A DNA stretch of 64,000 nt from an uncultured delta proteobacterium. GTDB lineage: Bacteria > Desulfobacterota > Binatia > UBA9968. Where the stretch lies: contig CAWFJP010000002.1 in assembly GCA_963816145.1 (NCBI GenBank), forward strand, positions 288,245-352,244, given 5' to 3'. The notes beneath the pieces were generated by a model, which saw only the letters and a list, made by a program, of their open reading frames with translations, was not told the DNA's origin and did no database searches. Made by a program: the position numbers and the translations under genes. Positions 31,296 to 40,915 of the stretch are shown here, one piece after another. Each line of letters starts with the position of its first letter. Positions within the stretch are counted from its first letter, which is position 1.

Positions 31296-32165
31296 TCAGC
31301 TTACCGCAGTTACTAAGGCAAATCGCCGGATCGCTTCGATATGCGCCGACGGCGACATCAGTCCCGACTTCATGGTGTTGAAGCTCACGTGGGTCGCGCC
31401 GAGATTTTTCCACGCTTCTAGATCTTTCTGCCAAGCGTCCGGTATGCCCTGGCCGTAGCTGATGCGACCTTCGATGCCGATGGATTGCGGCTCACGGCCT
31501 GCCGCCTTCGCATCATTGCGAATCTTGTCAATCATTGCCCGGCATTTTTCATCCGGTCCGACGAGCGGAAACCAGCCGTCGCCAGTACGCGCCAACCGGC
31601 CCAACGCGCGCTCATCGCTGCCGCCGAACCAGATCGGTATCGGCCTTTGCACGGGCAGGGGATTGATGCCGGCGTCGGTGATCTTATGCCACCGCCCTTC
31701 GAATGTTAGAGTCGGATGGGTCCAGAGTTGGCGCAAGACTTCGATCTGCTCTTCGGAGCGGCGGCCGCGATTTTTGAAATCTGCGCCGAGAGCTTCGTAT
31801 TCCACCGGGTTCCAGCCTATGCCGATGCCGAAGCGCAGCCGGCCGCCGCTCAAGACATCGAGCGCCGCGGCCTGTTTGGCGACCAAGACGGTTTGACGCT
31901 GGGGCAGAATGATGACGCCGGTGCAAAATTCGATTCGCCGGGTCACACCGGCGAGATAGCTGAATAAAACCACCGGCTCGTGGAACATGTCCAAGTGGCT
32001 ATAGGGCGCGCGCCAGTTGGGCCGACTCACCGGGTTGGCACCGATCACATGGTCGTAGGCCAGGATATGGGAAAAGCCCAACTCTTCGGCGGCCTGGCCG
32101 TAGTCCTTTATATAGTTTGGATCGGCGCCGATTTCGGTCTGCGGAAACACTACTCCGGCTTTCAT
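31296..32165 (-). CDS. LLM-class (probable F420-dependent) oxidoreductase
   Basis: AEELGF..I..YDHV, LPQRQT.LVAKQAA.LDVLSGGR...GIG.GWN..EY. Confidence 0.87.
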   Translation of the reverse strand: MKAGVVFPQTEIGADPNYIKDYGQAAEELGFSHILAYDHVIGANPVSRPNWRAPYSHLDMFHEPVVLFSYLAGVTRRIEFCTGVIILPQRQTVLVAKQAAALDVLSGGRLRFGIGIGWNPVEYEALGADFKNRGRRSEEQIEVLRQLWTHPTLTFEGRWHKITDAGINPLPVQRPIPIWFGGSDERALGRLARTGDGWFPLVGPDEKCRAMIDKIRNDAKAAGREPQSIGIEGRISYGQGIPDAWQKDLEAWKNLGATHVSFNTMKSGLMSPSAHIEAIRRFALVTAVS

Positions 32166-32281
32166 GGAAAGTTCCTCCATTGGAAACTATTGAATACTCG
32201 GGCAATTCCGCTTTGTTTTGAAACGACGGCCTTGAATTTCAGCTTGGCCATGCGCAGATTCTCCGTATGTAGAATTGTAAC

Positions 32282-32309
32282 TTGACTTAACCTAAGCGTT
32301 TCGTAGGAT
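32282..32309 (+). promoter_or_regulatory. Possible sigma70-type promoter of htpX
   Basis: TTGACT-16 nt-TAGGAT about 30 nt upstream of the start; motif match only. Confidence 0.3.
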
Positions 32310-32340
32310 ACTTTCTAGAAGCGGAATAGGAGTAAAAGCT

Positions 32341-33222
32341 ATGAACGGTTTGCGTACCACGATCCTGCTTGCGATGTTGACGGCGTTGGTCGTCTGGATC
32401 GGCCAGATGGTCGGCGGCCCCAATGGCGCGATGATGGCGTTGATCTTCGCCGGCGCCATGAACTTCATCAGCTATTGGTTCAGCGATAAGATCGTTCTCA
32501 AGATGTACCGCGCGCAGGAGATAACCGCCAACGATGACCCCGAGCTTTTCGGCATTGTCCAGGAGCTGGCCGGCCGGGGGGGCTTGCCGATGCCGAAGGT
32601 TTATATCATCCCCGAAGAAGCCCCCAACGCTTTTGCAACCGGGCGCAATCCCGAACATGCCGCTGTCGCGGTGACCCAAGGGATTCGCCGGATTCTCAAT
32701 AAACGGGAACTCGCCGGTGTGCTTGGCCACGAACTCTCCCATGTGAAACATCGCGACATACTGATCAGCAGCATCGCCGCGACCCTCGCCGGCGCGATCA
32801 GTTATCTTGCCCAGATGGCGCAGTTCGCCGCGATATTTGGCGGCGGGCGGAGCCGCGACGATGAAGGCGGCGGTGGCGGTGTGTTCGGGCTTCTGTTCAT
32901 GATGATCGTCGCGCCGATCGCCGCGATGTTGATTCAGATGGCGGTGTCGCGCTCGCGCGAGTATATGGCGGATGACGGCGGCGCGAAGTTATCCGGAGAT
33001 CCACTGGCGTTGGCTAGCGCGCTGCGCAAGCTGCAGATGGGCGCGCAAAACATTCCGCTAGATGCCAGCCCGGCGACGCAAAACGCCACGGCGCATATGT
33101 TTATCGTCAGCCCGCTCAGCGGCAGCGGCTTCGCTTCGCTGTTCAGCACCCATCCGGCGATGGAAGAGCGCATCGCCCGGCTCGAAGCGATGGCAAAAGA
33201 TATGAGTTACTTGAAAGCCTAA
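32341..33222 (+). CDS. htpX: Zinc metalloprotease HtpX
   Basis: [29 protein letters not shown]. Confidence 0.95.
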   Translation: MNGLRTTILLAMLTALVVWIGQMVGGPNGAMMALIFAGAMNFISYWFSDKIVLKMYRAQEITANDDPELFGIVQELAGRGGLPMPKVYIIPEEAPNAFATGRNPEHAAVAVTQGIRRILNKRELAGVLGHELSHVKHRDILISSIAATLAGAISYLAQMAQFAAIFGGGRSRDDEGGGGGVFGLLFMMIVAPIAAMLIQMAVSRSREYMADDGGAKLSGDPLALASALRKLQMGAQNIPLDASPATQNATAHMFIVSPLSGSGFASLFSTHPAMEERIARLEAMAKDMSYLKA

Positions 33223-33240
33223 CCCGTCTATTCACCGCAT

Positions 33241-33915
33241 TTAGGTTTGTACGGGCGACCGGCCGGTCGCCCTTACCTTTTCTTCCAACCAGACCGAAAG
33301 ATCGTAAAGCCCTCTGGGCCTAATCTCGTGGCCCATTTCATACTCCTTAAAAGTCAGTGGCACTTTCAGCTCGCGCAAGCGCGCCACCGAGTCACGCGCA
33401 CGGTCGACCTCGATCTGCGGATCTTGGGTGCCATGTTGAACCAAGACTGGCAGCGATTGCACGGCGGCGCTGATAGTTAGCCGCGGTGTCAGTTCTCTCG
33501 GCAGCCAGGTGCTGAGCGCGGCGAGGCCTGCGAAACGCTCCGGTTCGGTCAACGCCAGGCTGTAAGCCATCACACCGCCTTGGCTGAAGCCGAGCACGGC
33601 CAATCTGGTTGGGTCGATGGGATAGTGTGCGAGGCAGTCATCGAGGAACTCTTGCAAGGCCTTGCGGGACTCCAACATACCATTGATGTCGGGCACGCCC
33701 CCTTTGCTGGAGTCGTACCAAGCGTAACCCACCGCTTCGGGGCCGATCGGGGTTTCCAGCGGCGCCTGTGGGCAGATAATCAAGAACTGCCCGCCACAAA
33801 GATAGGGCGCAAGGCCGAGGAGATCGAAGGCGTTGGCGCCGCGGCCATGCAAAGTGAGAATGGTCGGATGGGGTCCAGCGCCGGGTGGTTGATAGATGGT
33901 GTGGATGAGGTTCAT
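33241..33915 (-). CDS. Phospholipase/carboxylesterase (alpha/beta hydrolase)
   Basis: LHGRG, GFSQGG, HG..D, MGHEI. Confidence 0.88.
   Translation of the reverse strand: MNLIHTIYQPPGAGPHPTILTLHGRGANAFDLLGLAPYLCGGQFLIICPQAPLETPIGPEAVGYAWYDSSKGGVPDINGMLESRKALQEFLDDCLAHYPIDPTRLAVLGFSQGGVMAYSLALTEPERFAGLAALSTWLPRELTPRLTISAAVQSLPVLVQHGTQDPQIEVDRARDSVARLRELKVPLTFKEYEMGHEIRPRGLYDLSVWLEEKVRATGRSPVQT
33249..33276. repeat. GTA(G)...(C)TAC-type REP-like palindrome
   Basis: GTACGGGCGACCGGCCGGTCGCCCTTAC; degenerate relatives at 43712-43736 and 63247-63269. Confidence 0.55.
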
Positions 33916-33987
33916 GGATGGCTCCTGCGAGTGTCGTTTTGTCGCAATTACTGCCGCAGCGAATGACTTAACTTCGCTTGCGCTCAA

Positions 33988-34026
33988 TCACCCCTACTCT
34001 AACTCTCCCCTCGTCGAGGGGGAGAG
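33988..34026. repeat. CTCTCCCC...GGGGAGAG hairpin repeat or terminator
   Basis: TCACCCCTACTCTAACTCTCCCCTCGTCGAGGGGGAGAG. Confidence 0.5.
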
Positions 34027-34057
34027 AATCGGCTAGCTGCGAATAGGCTGAGCCAGC

Positions 34058-35749
34058 TTATTCTTTTAGCTGTTCCAAATGTTTGATGCCGACGCGTAGC
34101 GCTGTGACGACGGTGACGATGGTGACAGCTAGCATGATCAGCAGCGACGGTGCAACGACGGAATACTCCGGTAGAAAAATCCGGCCGCGTTGAAACGCGC
34201 GCATGGCCAGAGTGTAGATCGGCCAGGCGACGATCATTACGGCGATACCGATAAAGCCGATGCTGAAGATCATGCACACCGCGCCGCCGAAGCTGGTGGG
34301 GATCTCGGCGGCATTTTCGTAGTTGAAGTTGGGATAGAGCGCGCCCAAGCCGACGCCGATGGCGGTGATGCCGAAGGTCATTAGAAACATTGTGATCAGC
34401 GACAGGCTCATCATCCAGCCCGGCACTTTGAGCATTAGGTTGCTGCAAAAGATCAACAGCTCGCCCAAGAATAGCAACGGCACGAAATTCAACCAGAACT
34501 TGCTCCACAACAATGCCCGCAAGGAGATTGGCGCGGTCTGGAGGAGCCAAAATGCTTTGCCCTCCAGGCTGACCGCCGGAAAGGCGAAGCGGATCGCGAT
34601 GGCACTCAGCACAAAGCCGGCCAAGCCCAGGTTGGCGAAGGAGACGATGGTGCGGATGGTTCCCGCCGGCATTGGCGAGCGGTCAAGGGGCAGAACTTTG
34701 AAGTTATAGAGATAGACGACGATGAGGGCGGCCAACAAAAATAACTGCGACCATTGGGTCGTGTCGCGCAGGAACGTTTTCATGTCCTTGAGCATAATAG
34801 CCCGAGTGATCTCAGGAAAAGGCCGGGTCGATAGATCGAGCAGCCGGTCGAACCAGGCCAACTTGCGCCGCCCCTGGCGAGACTCCTGAGCCTTCGACCA
34901 GCCGTCGAGATAGACTGCGCTGGAACACCAGCTGGCCGCCAACGGCAAAAACATCGCGTAGCTCGCGAGCAGGGCGAAAAAGAAGCCCGATTCGGTGTCG
35001 CGCTTGAACAACGTGCCGGCGAGGATCTCGGCCAACCAGCTGCTCGGCAGAAATGGCGCCGACGGCGTTTCCATGGCGCTTAAGAACTGCATGAAATTGC
35101 CGAACGATTCCGGCTGGACCAAGCGCTCGGGTTGGGAGAAACGAAACAGAAAATACATGATCAGAAACGCGAACAGCCCGATGAAAAAGAGCAGGTCGCG
35201 GACGCGTTTGGCCGGCATGGCGTAGACCAAGAGATGGGTGACCAGTGCGCCGATGGCTGCAGGGATGAGCAAGAACAGTGGGAGAATTGCCGCGATCCAA
35301 AAATAAAGCTTGACGCCGCCGCCGAACACCGAGCCGTAGGCTGCGAAGATCGGCAGTGAAAAGAACAGCACCATCCAGGATGAATTGACCGTCGTGGCGA
35401 TCAAGCGGGCGAAGAAGAAGCCGTTGGGCGATACCGGTGTCGCGTGGATTAGATCGAGATCGCGAGCGAGAAAAAACGTCGACAACGCCGCCACCAGGTT
35501 GCTGAACAGCAGCATCGATAGAAAGGTCAGCAATATTATCAATAGCAATTGGTAGGCGAGGGCCGGTCCGAGTTCGTAGACGGTTTCGAAGTAGCGCAAG
35601 ACCCGGCGCACGACCAGATAGGTGCCGATCCAGAACAGGCCGGCGAGAAGCGCCAGTGAGAGTCTTCGGGTCCACGAGTGGGCGCCGCGAAAGAAACTAT
35701 TCTTCCACGACAGCCAAAGCGGCGAGAGTAGTAGCGCCACCGAACTCAT
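34058..35749 (-). CDS. Putative ABC-2 type exporter permease
   Basis: Multi-TM, DLDL...P, KD.KTFLRD, SLEGKAFWLL..API; translationally coupled to the ABC ATPase. Confidence 0.8.
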   Translation of the reverse strand: MSSVALLLSPLWLSWKNSFFRGAHSWTRRLSLALLAGLFWIGTYLVVRRVLRYFETVYELGPALAYQLLLIILLTFLSMLLFSNLVAALSTFFLARDLDLIHATPVSPNGFFFARLIATTVNSSWMVLFFSLPIFAAYGSVFGGGVKLYFWIAAILPLFLLIPAAIGALVTHLLVYAMPAKRVRDLLFFIGLFAFLIMYFLFRFSQPERLVQPESFGNFMQFLSAMETPSAPFLPSSWLAEILAGTLFKRDTESGFFFALLASYAMFLPLAASWCSSAVYLDGWSKAQESRQGRRKLAWFDRLLDLSTRPFPEITRAIMLKDMKTFLRDTTQWSQLFLLAALIVVYLYNFKVLPLDRSPMPAGTIRTIVSFANLGLAGFVLSAIAIRFAFPAVSLEGKAFWLLQTAPISLRALLWSKFWLNFVPLLFLGELLIFCSNLMLKVPGWMMSLSLITMFLMTFGITAIGVGLGALYPNFNYENAAEIPTSFGGAVCMIFSIGFIGIAVMIVAWPIYTLAMRAFQRGRIFLPEYSVVAPSLLIMLAVTIVTVVTALRVGIKHLEQLKE

Positions 35750-35750
35750 G

Positions 35751-36506
35751 TCAAAGCGCTTGTGCCGCCGGCGCCGCCAAGTCCTGCTCGCGGGTGAGTT
35801 CCAAGAATGCGCTTTCGAGATTGCCGTTGTTGCCGTCCGTCTGGGCGTGGATCTCGCTCATGGTGCCGCAGGAGATCAAGCGGCCTTTGCGAATAATGCC
35901 GATGCGGTGGCAGATCTCCTCGGCGACGCTGATGCTGTGGGTCGAGAGAAACACCGTCGTGCCGTTCTTAGCCAATACGCCGAAGAGATCTTTGAGGGTG
36001 CGCGCCCCTTTGGGGTCCATGCCGACCATCGGTTCGTCGATGACCAGGATCTTGGGCTCGTGAATCAAGGCGCCGCAAACCACCAGACGCTGCTTCATGC
36101 CGTGGGAATAACTTTCAACCAACTCATCCTTCCACGGCGTCAATTCCAGGTGATCGAGAAGTTCCGCGATGCGCTTGCGCAGCCGCGCCGGGTCGACCCG
36201 ATGGAGTTTGCCGACGAAGGTTAAGAACTCGCTGCCGCTGAGTTTTTCATAGATAAACGGCCGGTCGGGAATGAAGCCGGAAATCGCTTTGGCCTTCTGA
36301 GCCGCGCCGACCACATCGTGGCCGTCAAGCAGAACTTGTCCCGAAGTCGCCTTCAGGATGCCCATCATGCAGCGGATCGTCGTCGTTTTGCCGGCGCCAT
36401 TGGGGCCGAGAAAGCCGAAGATCTCGCCGGGCGCGACTTCGAGGTTTAAATTATCTACCGCGGCCAGTTTGCCGTAGTGCTTGGTAAGATTTTTGATTTG
36501 AATCAT
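35751..36506 (-). CDS. ABC transporter ATP-binding protein
   Basis: GPNGAGKTT, YSHGMKQR, IDEPMVGMDP, STH. Confidence 0.92.
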   Translation of the reverse strand: MIQIKNLTKHYGKLAAVDNLNLEVAPGEIFGFLGPNGAGKTTTIRCMMGILKATSGQVLLDGHDVVGAAQKAKAISGFIPDRPFIYEKLSGSEFLTFVGKLHRVDPARLRKRIAELLDHLELTPWKDELVESYSHGMKQRLVVCGALIHEPKILVIDEPMVGMDPKGARTLKDLFGVLAKNGTTVFLSTHSISVAEEICHRIGIIRKGRLISCGTMSEIHAQTDGNNGNLESAFLELTREQDLAAPAAQAL

Positions 36507-36509
36507 TAA

Positions 36510-36606
36510 ATTTTGGATTTTAGATTTTCGTCTGCGGGGCCGCTTTTGGATTGCCGGATCGAGGCGAGGGCCAGTAATCCAAAATCCAAAATCGAAAATC
36601 CAAAAT
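36510..36606. repeat. Inverted heptamer (AAAATCC/GGATTTT) tandem-repeat hairpin
   Basis: ATTTTGGATTTTAGATTTTCG (36510-36530) pairs at 19 of 21 positions with CCAAAATCGAAAATCCAAAAT (36586-36606). Confidence 0.85.
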
Positions 36607-36617
36607 GTTGCTCCTTG

Positions 36618-38069
36618 TCATAGGACTTCGATTTTCAGATTGCCGATGAGTTGCAAAATATCGATCTGCCGGTCGATCTCGCCTTCGAGAAACTTCACAT
36701 GGGTGACGTCAGCGGGAAATTGGTTCAGCACCGAGTCGAGGGCGACCCAGCGGCCGAGCCAGACTTCTGACCAAGCGTGATAGTAAAAGGCGCCGCGCAG
36801 ATAGACGACGCCGACCACCGTCTTGGCCGGAATCCCGGCAGCGCGGGCGAGCGCGTTGAACAGCACGGTGTGTTCGTTACAGTCGCCTTTTCTCGCCTGC
36901 AGGACTTCGAGCGCGTTGGGAATGCTCACGGTGGGCTCTTTGGCGAGCTCGCGATAAACCCAGTCTTTGAGCTTCACCGCCGCTTTCATGGCGTTGGTTT
37001 CAGCACCGACGATGCGCGCGGCGAGGGTCATGATGCTCGGATGGTCCGACTGCATGAAAGCGGTAGGCTGCAGGAAAGTTTGCAAGCGCACTTCTTTTAC
37101 CGGAATCCTCGTGGCTGCGAGCTTGGTCAGATCTTCGCGGATTATCTGCAAGCGGTCGCCGGTGAGTTTCTGCCTGCCGCCGTCGAGCGCGAAATTTGCC
37201 AGGTTGACGCCGCCAAGTTTCAATTCGACCGCCGCAAGGGATTGGGCGCTGGCGATCGGCGTGGCCAGCGGTATCGCCGCCTGAGCGATCATGTCCAAGG
37301 GCACGGAACGTGGGGGCAGAAATTTCGCTTCCTGTCGGCTTTGCCGGGTCATCGACATGCCCGCCGGCGATTCCTCTTTCAATGTCCGGCCATGAACGTC
37401 GACCCAGGAGAGCACCGAGATGCCGCCGAAGCTTTGGCGCATTTTAATCGCCGGTTCGAGGCGATTGCCGATGCGAATCTGTTCACGGCCTTCGATAACG
37501 ATGGTCGTAACCTGCTGTGACAGCGTCGACGGGTCGAACGTCGAGAAGTAAAATTTCTTGCCGGTCTCCAATTGTTGAGTGACCACGTAGGGCTTGAGCG
37601 AAGCGAGCAAGTAGGGAGCCTGGGTCAAAGTGATTTCGCGGGCCGAGCGGTAGCCGGCGGAGTCGATATCCAGCGTCAGTTTGTTGTCTTTCACAGCGCC
37701 GCGTGCCTTGAATCCGATCTCCTTGGATTTCAGCGCGAAATCGAAGCGCTCCAAGATCCAGTCGTCGTTGGCTTCCATCGCCAAGCGGGTTTCGGCGGGC
37801 TGGACGGTACCGAGCAGATTTAGATTGAGCTGGGAATAATCGGTGAGCTTGTAACCTTTGGCTTTCGGCTCGATGGACTGCGAGGCGTAGCCGATCTTTT
37901 CACCGCGGTAGTAGATGCCCCACCATTCCTCGCTGGCTTCGGTGATTTTCTCCGTGCCGCGCAGCGTCAGGACCGGCGCCGGCGCAACGCTCTGGCGTTT
38001 TATGAGGAGAAAATTCATCGTTCCCCAGAAGAGAACAATGCCGATGCCGATGGATCGCTTAACAAGCAT
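36618..38069 (-). CDS. Membrane-anchored transglutaminase-like domain protein
   Basis: N-terminal TM; Cys-His-Asp motifs GDCNEH, YHAWSEV, WVALD. Confidence 0.87.
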   Translation of the reverse strand: MLVKRSIGIGIVLFWGTMNFLLIKRQSVAPAPVLTLRGTEKITEASEEWWGIYYRGEKIGYASQSIEPKAKGYKLTDYSQLNLNLLGTVQPAETRLAMEANDDWILERFDFALKSKEIGFKARGAVKDNKLTLDIDSAGYRSAREITLTQAPYLLASLKPYVVTQQLETGKKFYFSTFDPSTLSQQVTTIVIEGREQIRIGNRLEPAIKMRQSFGGISVLSWVDVHGRTLKEESPAGMSMTRQSRQEAKFLPPRSVPLDMIAQAAIPLATPIASAQSLAAVELKLGGVNLANFALDGGRQKLTGDRLQIIREDLTKLAATRIPVKEVRLQTFLQPTAFMQSDHPSIMTLAARIVGAETNAMKAAVKLKDWVYRELAKEPTVSIPNALEVLQARKGDCNEHTVLFNALARAAGIPAKTVVGVVYLRGAFYYHAWSEVWLGRWVALDSVLNQFPADVTHVKFLEGEIDRQIDILQLIGNLKIEVL

Positions 38070-38135
38070 ACTCTAGAACGTATATGGTAAGGCCCCGGCG
38101 CTTGTGAATCAATGTGAATCTAACAATCTTGCAGT

Positions 38136-38603
38136 ATGAGTAATAAAGAGGTTCTTTTCGCCGCCGATCGCATGTTGGGCCGGCTTGCCAAGTGGCTGCG
38201 CATTCTTGGCCACGACGTCATTTACGGCCAGCATCTCTCCGGCCACGGTCTGATCCGCGCGGCGCGCGCCGACGGTCGGTTGATTCTGACGCGCGATCGC
38301 AGTCTGGCGCGCAAACAGCCGCCGCCGTTTCTGTTCATCGAAAGCAATGACTACGTCGAACAGCTGCGCCAGGTGTTGCGCGTCTGCGATTTGCGTCCCG
38401 GCGAGGGGCTCTTTACCCGTTGTTTGGTGTGCAACTCGCGATTGCAACCACGCATCAAGGAATCGGTGGACAAGCTGGTGCCGCCCTATGTCTTTGCCAC
38501 GCAGGAGCGCTTCTCTTGGTGCGGCCGCTGTCAAAAGCCCTATTGGCCAGCCACACACCAGCAAAAAATGCTCGACGCTCTCAAAAAAATTGCCGTTACT
38601 TGA
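38136..38603 (+). CDS. Mut7-C RNase domain protein
   Basis: DRMLGRLAKWLRILGHD, LTRD, RCLVCN, C..C.K.YW..TH. Confidence 0.88.
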   Translation: MSNKEVLFAADRMLGRLAKWLRILGHDVIYGQHLSGHGLIRAARADGRLILTRDRSLARKQPPPFLFIESNDYVEQLRQVLRVCDLRPGEGLFTRCLVCNSRLQPRIKESVDKLVPPYVFATQERFSWCGRCQKPYWPATHQQKMLDALKKIAVT

Positions 38604-38777
38604 TTATCGACGCCACTTCTTATCGGATGCGGTTTTGACCGGTTCACGATTATAGGGATGCGCAAGCGATTTTGGAAACCCCCGCAATTAAGTTCCCGCC
38701 CCAAGAGGCAGGGTTAATTCGCCTGGAACTAGAAATCCATCTGAGCGTATGCTAAAAAATGCTCCTGTTCTTTTGCT

Positions 38778-38853
38778 TCCCCGGTAGCTCAGTTGGTAGA
38801 GCAGGTGACTGTTAATCACCGGGTCGGGGGTTCGAGTCCCTCCCGGGGAGCCA
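38778..38853 (+). tRNA. tRNA-Asn(GTT)
   Basis: TCCCCGG/CCGGGGA acceptor stem, D arm AGCTCAGTTGGTAGAGC, anticodon arm GGTGA-CTGTTAA-TCACC, T loop TTCGAGT, encoded CCA; 76 nt. Confidence 0.97.
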
Positions 38854-39061
38854 GATATTCATATAATCAGATACCTCGTTTTGGCTGTCGGATAAAGTTC
38901 GTTTTTCGAGCGTAGCCTTCGGATTCGCAAGGAAAGCGAAAACCTCAAACCCACTCTATAAAATCAAGATTTTATTTATCTGTTGGTTTAAGATTGCAGT
39001 CTTGCGGCCGTGTTTCGTGATGAGTTCGTCCTACACTCGAAAAGGTTAAAGGGTGCGCTCC

Positions 39062-40675
39062 ATGGTGAAATCAGCTCTCACTGTTCTTCATCAACTCGTT
39101 GAAAAAGCGATTGCTGCGATTTCGTCAAAGAGCCTGTCGATTGTTTTGGTGGCCGTCCTTGCATTGGCGGGTTGCGCGACGATGGGATTTTTGCTGGGCA
39201 TTCGGCAACCCCAAAGTCACGACGAGTTCAGCTACCTGCTCGCCGCCGATACCTTTGCTCATGGCAGGCTGACCAACCCGACCCACCCGATGTGGGTGCA
39301 CTTCGAAACGCTGCATGTCATTCACCAACCGAGCTACATGTCCAAATTTATGCCGGCGCAGGGAATCATTCTCATGCTCGGCAAGGTTCTCGGCGGTCAT
39401 CCGATCGTTGGAGTTTGGTTCTCCATGGCTTTCATGTGTGCCGTTATTTGCTGGATGTTGCAGGGGTGGTTGCCGACCCGCTGGGCTTTGCTCGGCGGCA
39501 TCTTTGCAGTGATTCATCCGAACATTGGCGTTGGCAATTACTGGGCGCAAAGTTACTGGGGTGGCGCGCTGCCTGCCGCCGGCGGTGCGTTGCTCCTGGG
39601 AGGCGTGCGCCATCTCATGGTCACGCCGCGCACGGGTTACGCGGTAGCTGCCGCAATGGGTTTGGCGCTTCTCGCCAACAGCCGGCCGTATGAGGGTCTG
39701 GTTCTCAGTCTCCCGGTTGGGTTGGTATTCTTCAACTGGTTGGTCGGCAAGAATCGGCCGCCGGCGCCGGTTTTGATTCGCAGCATCCTGCTGCCCTTCG
39801 TCCTGATCGGTGTTCTCACGGTCGGCGCCATGGCCTACTACAACTACCGTATCACCGGCAACGTCGCGCAAATTCCGTACCTTCTACATACGCAACAATA
39901 CATGATGTCGACACTTTTTATTTGGCAGCCGCTGCCGCCGAAACCTCACTATCGCCATCAACTCATCGAAGACTTTCATGCCCGATTCGAGCTCCCGTAC
40001 TATCTGGAAAAACGTACTCTAAAGGGCTTTGTCACGATTAACTTCTTATCCTTTGCTTACCACATTGTTTTGGTCGGCAGCGTGTTCGCGATATCACTGA
40101 TCGGTTCGGCTAAACAATTACTCTCATGGGCATGGAACGACCCTTGGGGGCGATTCGCGCTGTTTATTTACGGCTTTTTCATTTTTGGCATAATGATAGA
40201 AACCTACGCGTTGCCGCACTACTGGGCGCCGGTCACCGCGCTCAGCTACCTTTTTCTTTTGCAAGGTCTTCGACTTTGGCGCGAGCGCAATCCTCGGGTC
40301 GGGCAAGCCGTTTTGATCGCGCTGCCCATTCTGGCGCTAGCGATCTTGATCATGACGACATACCACTTGGTTGCGACCCGTGATGAGTTCACGCCTCCTA
40401 GGCAGCGAGCACGGTTGTTGCAGCGATTGAGCGAAGGCGACGGTCGGCACTTGGTTCTGGTCAAGTATGGACCGCACCATTCGTATTTCATGGAATGGGT
40501 CTATAACGACGCCGACATCGACGGCTCGAAGGTCGTCTGGGCCCGCGCCATGGATGATCAGGAAGACTGCAAGCTGGTGGCCTATTTCAAAGACCGTAAG
40601 GTCTGGTCATTGGCCATCGATTATGATGAGTCGCCGGTACGGTTGGAGCCCTTGCCAACGGAATCTTGCCGTTGA
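39062..40675 (+). CDS. Uncharacterised multi-pass membrane protein, GT-C glycosyltransferase-like
   Basis: HDEFSY acidic motif after the first TM, many TMs, soluble C-terminal domain. Confidence 0.55.
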   Translation: MVKSALTVLHQLVEKAIAAISSKSLSIVLVAVLALAGCATMGFLLGIRQPQSHDEFSYLLAADTFAHGRLTNPTHPMWVHFETLHVIHQPSYMSKFMPAQGIILMLGKVLGGHPIVGVWFSMAFMCAVICWMLQGWLPTRWALLGGIFAVIHPNIGVGNYWAQSYWGGALPAAGGALLLGGVRHLMVTPRTGYAVAAAMGLALLANSRPYEGLVLSLPVGLVFFNWLVGKNRPPAPVLIRSILLPFVLIGVLTVGAMAYYNYRITGNVAQIPYLLHTQQYMMSTLFIWQPLPPKPHYRHQLIEDFHARFELPYYLEKRTLKGFVTINFLSFAYHIVLVGSVFAISLIGSAKQLLSWAWNDPWGRFALFIYGFFIFGIMIETYALPHYWAPVTALSYLFLLQGLRLWRERNPRVGQAVLIALPILALAILIMTTYHLVATRDEFTPPRQRARLLQRLSEGDGRHLVLVKYGPHHSYFMEWVYNDADIDGSKVVWARAMDDQEDCKLVAYFKDRKVWSLAIDYDESPVRLEPLPTESCR

Positions 40676-40915
40676 TGCGCTGGGGCCGCGCGCCCGCAGT
40701 GATCGTTTCAAATTCGCGCAGCCGCTGAGGCCTTTTAATTTGTTGAATTTAGGGTGGGCATACGTTACTTTGACCACGCCTCTGGATAGGCTTGACGTAG
40801 ACGGTGGAGAACTCGCGCTTGGTTTGCGGACGCGCTTAGACTACTGCTATGCGTCACACGCGATCTAATGGCGCCCATAGAAATTTTTTTAGAGCACGGT
40901 AGGAGGTTTTTTCTG

